14,402 nt of DNA. Origin: a bacterium (lineage in GTDB: Bacteria > Babelota > Babeliae > Babelales > RVW-14). Positions 7,761 through 14,402 of this stretch are shown here, one piece after another (positions within the stretch are counted from its first letter, which is position 1; each line of letters begins with the position of its first letter). The stretch spans positions 1-14,402 of the forward strand of contig JBDRBF010000073.1 in the NCBI GenBank assembly GCA_043822925.1, in the 5' to 3' direction. Both the position numbers and the translations under genes were made by a program. Under the pieces are notes generated by a model, which saw nothing but the letters and a program-made list of their open reading frames with translations, searched no databases and was not told the origin of the DNA.

Positions 7761-8975
7761 ATGAAGATCAAAATACTCTTCGTGTACCTATCAGTACTTG
7801 CAAGTCTTACACTTGCAAGTACCATCACATATTATAAATTCTTCAAAAAAGCACCCCCAAAGCTTTTTACAACAACTATGCCCAAGCTCAAAGCAATCTC
7901 TCAAAACGTTTCAGCTTCCGGCATATTAAGTATTAAAAATCCAATCAAAATAGGTAGTTTGGTCTCAGGCACCGTAAAAGAACTATATGTAACTGAAAAC
8001 CAATTTGTCAAAAAAGGTGACGTACTAGCTATAATAGATCCCGGTACCAGCGACACAGAATTCCAAAAAGCCTTTTATGAACATGAAAAAACACGCAAAG
8101 AATTTGAATACACAAAAAACAATTTTGAACGTAAGAAAAAATTATATCAAGCAAACCAACTATCTAAAGATGAGTATGAACGGCTCAGTAAAGAGCTAGA
8201 TATTACTGAGTTAAATCTTAAAAAAGCAAAGATTAACTTAGAAAAAGAACAACTATACCTTAACAATAGAAAAATAGTTGCAATCCAAGACGGTTTTATA
8301 ACAGCCGTTAATACCACAAAAGGCGCCGGAGTTTCAGGTGTAGAGGTATCCAACAGTTGCTCAGAACTCTTTATTATTGCTCCTAATATTACCCAAATGG
8401 AAGCAAAACTCGATATTGATGCCAGCGATATTGGGTTAATTAAACCAGATCTTCCAGTAAGTTTTACCGTCAGCACATACCCAGACAAAGTTTCTTACAC
8501 CAAAATACGCGATATTGGCTTTTCACCTAAAATATCAAACGATTCAGCTTTCTATAAAGCAAGCGTCGACATAGACAACGAAACACAATTGTTTAGACCA
8601 GGCATGACAATACATGCAAAAATTAAAGTCGCTAAATCAAAAAGTACATTATGTATTAACGGCATAGCGTTCCAAATTAATGGCAAAATGTTAGAAAAAA
8701 TCGCCAAGCAATTAGAATACAACTACCAACCAATAAAAAAAAGATCAAAAAAAGAATATAGAAATTCCCGTGCAAACCAACGGGTTAAAACCGTCTGGAT
8801 AGAACAAGACAAAAACTTTATCGAAAAACAAGTAATCTTAGGCATTACTGATAATAATTATTTTGATTTTGAAATACTTGAAGGACTAACAGCTAACGAC
8901 AAAATTATTATTGATATTGTCGAAGACGACGTCATGCAGAATATATATAAGAAATGGTTCAAGGGCCCACTATAA
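7761..8975 (+). CDS. MacA-like membrane-fusion/periplasmic adaptor subunit (copy 1)
   Basis: N-terminal TM anchor; lipoyl half-motif IGSLVSGTVKELYVTENQFVKKGDVLAIID; coiled-coil hairpin; IVAIQDGFI; VSFTVSTYPD; FRPGMT; VILGITD...EILEGL. Confidence 0.92.
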   Translation: MKIKILFVYLSVLASLTLASTITYYKFFKKAPPKLFTTTMPKLKAISQNVSASGILSIKNPIKIGSLVSGTVKELYVTENQFVKKGDVLAIIDPGTSDTEFQKAFYEHEKTRKEFEYTKNNFERKKKLYQANQLSKDEYERLSKELDITELNLKKAKINLEKEQLYLNNRKIVAIQDGFITAVNTTKGAGVSGVEVSNSCSELFIIAPNITQMEAKLDIDASDIGLIKPDLPVSFTVSTYPDKVSYTKIRDIGFSPKISNDSAFYKASVDIDNETQLFRPGMTIHAKIKVAKSKSTLCINGIAFQINGKMLEKIAKQLEYNYQPIKKRSKKEYRNSRANQRVKTVWIEQDKNFIEKQVILGITDNNYFDFEILEGLTANDKIIIDIVEDDVMQNIYKKWFKGPL

Positions 8976-8987
8976 GAAAGAGCCCCG

Positions 8988-10217
8988 ATGAACACCAGAA
9001 TACTTATTCGTAACTCTCTACGTAACTTGAGCCACCATAAAGTTCGTTCTTTTTTAACAATTTTGGGAATAATAGTAGGAATAGCATCTGTTATCGCAAC
9101 GCTGGCAATCGGCTACGGGACCGAACAAAAATTACGCCAAAAAATAATGTCCATGGGATGTAATTATATAGAACTCTGGGCCGGCAATTCTTTTGCTGAA
9201 GGCGCATCAGCCGTCACTAAACGCACAAATTCTTCACGATTATCGCTCGATGACGTAAAACTTTTCAAAACACTTTTTCCCGCGATTAAGCACATTACGC
9301 CGTTTTTTCATAGTCGCACAAACACTGAATTTCAAACAAACTCAATTAAAGGCCAAGTTAAAGCAGGCAACCAAAATTTTTTTTCTGTTATCGGCAGATC
9401 AATAAAACACGGTCACTTCTTTAATTATTATCAGGTGCAAAAAGGCGCCCGCGTGGTCGTACTCGGGCACAAAGCAGCAAAAGAACTTTTCAGATCACTC
9501 GACCCTATCGGCCAAATCGTTATGATAAAAAAAATCCCATTCACCGTAATTGGAATAGCAAAAAAAATTGAAAATTTTTTTGGAATACATGACCCTAATC
9601 TTGAAATTTTCGTGCCGTTCACGACGTTTAATAGATATATATCCCCAGATGCAAGCAAATTTGTACACGGCATCATCATATCTTCTTACTCGACAGAATC
9701 TATGCCTCAAGTCGTCAAACAAATAAGAAAAAACTTGCGCATGCGCCATAACCTAAAATTACGCGAACCGGACGACTTCACGATTATCGACCAAGAATCA
9801 ATGCTCAAAGCAGCAAAAGACTCTTCTTCTGTCTTTAATTTGTTTTTATTTATCGTCGCATCTATATCACTTATTGTTGGCGGCATAGGCGTCATGAACA
9901 TCATGCTCGTCTCAGTATCTGAACGCTCACAAGAAATCGGCATCCGTATGGCTCTTGGCGCCTGTGAACGTCTTATTTTACGCCAATTTCTAATCGAATC
10001 AGTAACATTATGCTTTGTCGGTGGCATTATTGGGATTATTTTGGGAATAATCGCCCCTCTACTGGCCAATTACTTTGCCGGATTTCCGGTTGTCATTAAC
10101 ATACAAACTATTTTCGCTGCATTTGTGACGATCTTCCTAGTTGGGCTCTCGTTTGGCTTCTACCCAGCTTATAAAGCATCTCGGCTTAACCCGGTTGAAG
10201 CGATCAACAGCCATTAA
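8988..10217 (+). CDS. MacB/FtsX-family ABC transporter permease (copy 1)
   Basis: RSFLTILGIIVGIASVIA TM1, a large periplasmic domain, the signature SISLIVGGIGVMNIMLVSVSERSQEIGIRMALGA, and C-terminal FGFYPAYKASRLNPVEAI. Confidence 0.95.
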   Translation: MNTRILIRNSLRNLSHHKVRSFLTILGIIVGIASVIATLAIGYGTEQKLRQKIMSMGCNYIELWAGNSFAEGASAVTKRTNSSRLSLDDVKLFKTLFPAIKHITPFFHSRTNTEFQTNSIKGQVKAGNQNFFSVIGRSIKHGHFFNYYQVQKGARVVVLGHKAAKELFRSLDPIGQIVMIKKIPFTVIGIAKKIENFFGIHDPNLEIFVPFTTFNRYISPDASKFVHGIIISSYSTESMPQVVKQIRKNLRMRHNLKLREPDDFTIIDQESMLKAAKDSSSVFNLFLFIVASISLIVGGIGVMNIMLVSVSERSQEIGIRMALGACERLILRQFLIESVTLCFVGGIIGIILGIIAPLLANYFAGFPVVINIQTIFAAFVTIFLVGLSFGFYPAYKASRLNPVEAINSH

Positions 10218-10240
10218 ACCACGTTAAGACGCGTGAAAAT

Positions 10241-10270
10241 TTGCAAATCTCAAAAAAAAAGTGCTAAACT
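10241..10270 (+). promoter_or_regulatory. Internal sigma70 promoter for the second exporter module
   Basis: TTGCAA (10241-10246), an 18-nt spacer containing A9 (10252-10260), then extended -10 TGcTAAACT (10262-10270). RBS AGGGA at 10308-10312 before ATG10323. Confidence 0.6.
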
Positions 10271-10322
10271 TGGACAAGAGCGTTAAATCCTACACATTCT
10301 TGCAATTAGGGAAACAAAAACA

Positions 10323-11519
10323 ATGATAATAAGCAAAAAAATTCTTTTGGCCACTATTTTTCTCGGCGCAGTAGCCGGCATATTCTTAATCATGAAATCA
10401 AAAAAAAACAAAACCGTACAACCAGTATATTCAACTGAAAAACCAACACGACGAAATCTCGTTCAAAAAATAACTGCCTCAGGAACACTTAAAGCAGAAG
10501 AGCAAATTTCAGTCGGCAGCTTAATGGACGGAAAAATAGACAAGATTCTAGTCGAAGATAATGACACGGTAAAAAAAGACCAAGTACTCGCAATTATTGA
10601 TAACGGAATCGGCGACACAAGCATAAAAAAATTAAAAGCTACGCTCAAGAATATGCGTGCTCAACTTGAGTATCAAAAGAAATTTTATGAACGCCAGAAG
10701 TTTTTATTCGAATCTGGACAAATAGCTCAAGATACATACGATCGCTATACACGTGACTACATATCAGCCCAAGCAACGGTAGAACAAACACAAGCTGATC
10801 TAGAGCAAGAAGAAAAAAATTATAATAATTTGTTTATCAAAGCCCCCGTAGATGGCATTGTTATTGCAAAAAATATAGACTTGGGTCAAATGATCGCCGC
10901 TAAATTCCAAGCCACAACGCTCTTTCACCTGGCTAAAGACCTAAAAAAAATGGAAGCCAGACTCGATGTTGACGAAGCAGATGTAGGCATGGCAAAAGAT
11001 AATCAACCAGCAAGTTTTACCGTAGATGCATTCCCAAACAGAAAATTCAAATCAAAAATAAAAAGAATTCAGTACATGTCCAAAACAGCCGAAGGCGTCA
11101 TATCATACGCAACTTTTTTGGACATAGAAAATAAAGACATGTCACTCAGACCAGGCATGACGGTTAACGTTGAAATCAAAGTTTCAAAAAGCAAAAATGC
11201 GTTAAACGTTCCTAATAAAGCATTTCGTATAAACGGGCTCAAGCTAGAAGATTATGCAAACTCAGTCAGCATCCCGTTTGAAAAATTGCCAGAAAAAAAA
11301 CCAGGCGAAATTCGTCCTCACCATAAAATCTTTGTTCTTGATGGCAAAACAATCAAAGAGACAGCCGTCTCGCTTGGCACAAATAACGGCCAATATACTG
11401 AAATCTTAGAAGGCATCACCGAACAATCAAACGTGATAACAGAATTTCTTGAACCCAAAGGCGAAAATTTACTCTTAAAAGGTATGATGGGCGGCATGGG
11501 CGGCGGAGTTGGAAAATAA
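10323..11519 (+). CDS. MacA-like membrane-fusion/periplasmic adaptor subunit (copy 2)
   Basis: TM anchor; ITASGTL; VGSLMDGKIDKILVEDNDTVKKDQVLAIID; IKAPVDGIVI; VDEADVG; FTVDAFP; LRPGMTVNVEI; VPNKA. The stop overlaps the next start (TAATG at 11517-11521). Confidence 0.93.
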   Translation: MIISKKILLATIFLGAVAGIFLIMKSKKNKTVQPVYSTEKPTRRNLVQKITASGTLKAEEQISVGSLMDGKIDKILVEDNDTVKKDQVLAIIDNGIGDTSIKKLKATLKNMRAQLEYQKKFYERQKFLFESGQIAQDTYDRYTRDYISAQATVEQTQADLEQEEKNYNNLFIKAPVDGIVIAKNIDLGQMIAAKFQATTLFHLAKDLKKMEARLDVDEADVGMAKDNQPASFTVDAFPNRKFKSKIKRIQYMSKTAEGVISYATFLDIENKDMSLRPGMTVNVEIKVSKSKNALNVPNKAFRINGLKLEDYANSVSIPFEKLPEKKPGEIRPHHKIFVLDGKTIKETAVSLGTNNGQYTEILEGITEQSNVITEFLEPKGENLLLKGMMGGMGGGVGK

Positions 11520-12205
11520 TGAAAACACTAGTAGCTAAAAATCTTATCAAGACGTACAAAATGGGCGAAACAACCGTTAACGCCCTGCGTGGTATAAATC
11601 TTGAAATTGAAAAGGGCGAATTTGTTGCCATCACCGGAACATCTGGATCAGGTAAATCAACGTTCATGCACCTTCTTGGGTGCCTGGACGTGCCAACAGA
11701 AGGTGAGTACTTTATCGATGGCACTAATGTTGCACACGCAACACGAGATGAACTGGCTGGCATTAGAAACAAAAAAATTGGTTTTGTATTTCAAAAGTTT
11801 CACCTATTGCCAGACTTAACCATTCTTGACAACGTCGCACTACCAATGCTTTATGCTGGGCACTCAGAAGCAACCGCACGCAAACGAGCCGCTGAATTAT
11901 TAACGATGGTCGAACTGGGTAACCGTATGGACCACTATCCATACCAAATTTCCGGTGGCCAACAACAACGTGTCGCGATCGCCCGGTCACTTATTAATGA
12001 CCCAAGTATTTTACTTGCAGACGAACCAACCGGTAACTTAGACTCGGCAACAGGGCTGGTAATTCTTGCACTATTTAAGAAGCTTAATGAAGAAAACGGC
12101 GTAACTATTATTTTAGTTACACATGAACCATCAGTTGCAGCTAAAGCAAAACGAATCGTTGAACTTGTTGATGGTTCTATTAAATCAGACAGAAAGACCT
12201 CATGA
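11519..12205 (+). CDS. ABC transporter ATP-binding protein (MacB/LolD-type NBD)
   Basis: Walker A GTSGSGKST, Q-loop GFVFQKFHLL, signature ISGGQQQRVAIAR, Walker B/D-loop LLADEPTGNLD, H-loop VTHE. ATGA overlap with the next gene. Confidence 0.97.
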   Translation: MKTLVAKNLIKTYKMGETTVNALRGINLEIEKGEFVAITGTSGSGKSTFMHLLGCLDVPTEGEYFIDGTNVAHATRDELAGIRNKKIGFVFQKFHLLPDLTILDNVALPMLYAGHSEATARKRAAELLTMVELGNRMDHYPYQISGGQQQRVAIARSLINDPSILLADEPTGNLDSATGLVILALFKKLNEENGVTIILVTHEPSVAAKAKRIVELVDGSIKSDRKTS

Positions 12206-13422
12206 ATTTATACATGCTTATGGCCAGCGCAATGCGCTCGCTCAGAAACCACAAAGTTCGTTCATTACTGACAACGCTAGGTATTATTATCGGTATCGTA
12301 GCTATTATTTGCGTTATGTCGATCGGCGAAGGCGCCAAACAAAGAGTAAATAAAGAAATCGAAAAATTAGGTACAAATTTTATTATCGTTCTTTCTGCGT
12401 CTCAAAAACGCATGGCTTCACGCGGTCACCCTGGCGAAGCAATTTTTACGCCACAAGATCTCGCTACTATCCGAACAGAAGCAACCGACGTTGATATGGT
12501 ATCACCCGGTAACATTGCACCATTAAAAATTACTGCCGAAAATAAATCATGGGACACCAATATTGGCGGTGTCGAGGAAAACTACCTTGATATCCGTCAA
12601 TGGAAACTAATAATGGGCACTTTTCTCACCAACCAAGATGTAAAAGCACAAAGCAAAGTCGCAGTACTTGGCATCACCGTAGCCAACGAACTATTTGGAA
12701 AAGACAAAAATCCAATCGGACAAACAATTCGCATCAAAAAGATCCCATTTAAAATTATCGGTGTACTTGAAGAAAAAGGCAAATCGCCTGACGGCAGAGA
12801 TCAAGATGACACAGTCTTTATCCCTATAACAACACTCGCTCACCGCCTACAAGGAAAAAAACTAAAATACTTTGCACTTATTTGCCAGGCAAAAAGCAAA
12901 GAACGCATACGTAATGCTGAAGAACAAATTCGCTCAATTATTCGCCAAAAACATAATGTAAACGACAAACAAGAAGATAATTTTACCATTTTTACCCAGG
13001 ATGATATTTCTCAAGCAAGCGATGCTGCAACAAAGATTTTAAACATACTCTTAATGGTCGTCGCTTCTATATCGCTTCTTGTCGGTGGCATAGGAATCAT
13101 GAATATCATGCTTGTTACCGTTACTGAACGAACACGAGAGATTGGCATACGCATGGCACTGGGCGCAACCACAAGCAATATTTTGACGCAATTTCTTTTG
13201 GAATCGATAACCATCTGCCTGGCCGGAGGCTCACTGGGAGCTCTTGCTGGGGTGGCTATGTCAAAATTTGTTGGAATCGCTCTAGGCTGGTCGATTTTTA
13301 TATCAAAAACATCTGTAATTGTTTCACTATTCTCATCTATGTTAATTGGCCTATTTTTTGGCTTTTATCCTGCACACAAAGCATCAATGCTCAACCCCGT
13401 TGACGCACTGGCCGATAAATAG
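12202..13422 (+). CDS. MacB/FtsX-family ABC transporter permease (copy 2)
   Basis: RSLLTTLGIIIGIVAII; DQDDTVFIP; ASISLLVGGIGIMNIMLVTVTERTREIGIRMALGA; FFGFYPAHKASMLNPVDAL. Confidence 0.95.
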   Translation: MNLYMLMASAMRSLRNHKVRSLLTTLGIIIGIVAIICVMSIGEGAKQRVNKEIEKLGTNFIIVLSASQKRMASRGHPGEAIFTPQDLATIRTEATDVDMVSPGNIAPLKITAENKSWDTNIGGVEENYLDIRQWKLIMGTFLTNQDVKAQSKVAVLGITVANELFGKDKNPIGQTIRIKKIPFKIIGVLEEKGKSPDGRDQDDTVFIPITTLAHRLQGKKLKYFALICQAKSKERIRNAEEQIRSIIRQKHNVNDKQEDNFTIFTQDDISQASDAATKILNILLMVVASISLLVGGIGIMNIMLVTVTERTREIGIRMALGATTSNILTQFLLESITICLAGGSLGALAGVAMSKFVGIALGWSIFISKTSVIVSLFSSMLIGLFFGFYPAHKASMLNPVDALADK

Positions 13423-13449
13423 TTTAAAAATATTATAAATAGTCTCAAA

Positions 13450-13478
13450 TAGCCTGTGGAACAAAACCCCATAGGCTA
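13450..13478 (+). terminator. Hairpin downstream of the exporter operon, possible terminator
   Basis: TAGCCTGTGG (13450-13459) pairs with CCATAGGCTA (13469-13478): a 10-bp stem with one G:U, starting 28 nt after the stop. The U-tract is weak. Confidence 0.5.
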
Positions 13479-13596
13479 ACACATCTTTACTAATAGAAAA
13501 AATCATGGTAAGTTTAGGCTATGTTTAATACTTTAAATAAAAGGTTTTTTATGATTACGGTAACTCAAGGCTTGAACAATAAGCCCATACCGATAC

Positions 13597-13629
13597 TTTC
13601 TGAAGCATCGCCAAGCGCAGCTTCAGAAA
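13597..13629. repeat. Perfect 10-bp inverted repeat (intergenic stem-loop)
   Basis: TTTCTGAAGC (13597-13606) and GCTTCAGAAA (13620-13629) enclose an inner CGC-caa-GCG stem. Confidence 0.6.
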
Positions 13630-13860
13630 ATTATTTCATAACACATTCTCTCTTAAATACTGGCAACTTTTTAATTTCCAATTCATCTATTCTTTCTACA
13701 AAATCCCTTATCCGGCGCATTCGGCGCAGCTAATTCTCCTCTTACCCATTTTTAAATTATTTTTATTTACGTTTTATAAGCACCATAGAGTGCCTGTAAT
13801 TAATTTTTTGCGTATATAACACACGTTTTATGCGCATATTAATATACGAAAGATATTTTT

Positions 13861-14402
13861 ATGAAAACGTCTCACATGCTTTTTACAAGCTTACTTTTTA
13901 TTATACTCACACTCACGCTAGCAAGTATGCTCATACTATCCAGCTGCTCGACGCAACAAAATAACAGTAACGAATTAGTAGTCGGCACCTGCGCAGGCTT
14001 CCCTCCATACGAGATACTGGCCAATAATGGTGATATTATTGGCTTTGATATAGACGTCATGCAAAAAATAGCTGAGAAGCTTAACAAACAACTAATAATT
14101 AAAGACATGGCTTTTGACGCGCTGCTGGTCGCCCTCAAGCAAAATAAAATCGACGCGATTATTGCCGGCATCTCGATCACGCAATCAAGACTGGCTGAAA
14201 TATCAATGGTACACTATCACGGCAAACCAATAAAAACGCTCCCCATTTTGTTTTGGAAAGAAATTCCAGCAGGCGTAAAGACAATTGCAGACCTGGCAAC
14301 ACAGCCAAACAAAACCGTATGCGCGCAAGTGGGGACAATACAAGAAGAGATACTCTCTAAATATACCTACTTAGATATCAAGAACCTGGAAAACATCCCA
14401 GA
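13861..14402 (+). CDS. Polar amino-acid ABC transporter substrate-binding lipoprotein (SBP family 3, ArtJ-like), 3'-truncated
   Basis: Manual translation: MKTSHMLFTSLLFIILTLTLASMLILSSCSTQQNNSNELVVGTCAGFPPYEILANNGDIIGFDIDVMQKIAEKLNKQLIIKDMAFDALLVALKQNKIDAIIAGISITQSRLAEISMVHYHG...VCAQVGTIQE... Lipobox LSSC (Cys29) and motifs FPPYE, GFDID, FDALL, IDAIIAGISIT. The frame is open to the window end. Confidence 0.9.
   Translation, partial: MKTSHMLFTSLLFIILTLTLASMLILSSCSTQQNNSNELVVGTCAGFPPYEILANNGDIIGFDIDVMQKIAEKLNKQLIIKDMAFDALLVALKQNKIDAIIAGISITQSRLAEISMVHYHGKPIKTLPILFWKEIPAGVKTIADLATQPNKTVCAQVGTIQEEILSKYTYLDIKNLENIP

Noticed and set aside
11481-11516. GroEL-like GMMGGMGGG tail on MFP2
   Set aside because: Gly/Met-rich disordered tails are common on MacA-like adaptors, so no special meaning can be supported.
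13521-13733. 70-aa ORF on the + strand in the intergenic region
   Set aside because: No convincing RBS or motif, and it runs through a strong hairpin. Probably spurious.
8147-14180. Shadow ORFs over the transporter and SBP genes (8147-8488, 9431-9679, 9495-9749, 9707-10069, 10463-10648, 11416-11772, 11601-11819, 11763-11990, 12123-12353, 12597-12782, 13011-13214, 13872-14180)
   Set aside because: They overlap conserved genes. The similarity between the antisense ORFs at 9707-10069 and 13011-13214 merely mirrors the permease paralogy.
1-14402. CRISPR arrays, tRNA/rRNA genes, transposases or integrases
   Set aside because: No regularly spaced repeats, cloverleaf or rRNA signatures, or recombinase motifs were seen by eye.

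Overview
AT-rich bacterial window. Gene content suggests a host-associated or protist-associated lineage such as Dependentiae/TM6 or a Chlamydiae-like organism; this is inference only. Left to right: (1) the 3' part of a DUSP23-like CX5R phosphatase gene (+) that starts upstream of the window; (2) a convergent two-gene operon (-) encoding two signal-peptide-bearing proteins, a 419-aa Cys-rich protein with an FYHGT motif and a 1757-aa dikinase-type protein (ATP-grasp domain, phospho-His domain, ~1150 aa of unrecognised C-terminus); (3) a 58-aa, 14-Cys metallothionein-like ORF (7501-7677) that is absent from the ORF track and has a strong RBS; (4) a duplicated MacAB-type ABC export locus (MFP-permease / MFP-ATPase-permease) with an internal promoter; (5) a hairpin-rich intergenic region; (6) the 5' part of an ArtJ-like amino-acid-binding lipoprotein gene. 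The best novelty candidates are the eukaryote-like metallothionein in front of the double exporter and the exported dikinase-like enzyme with its partner genes.
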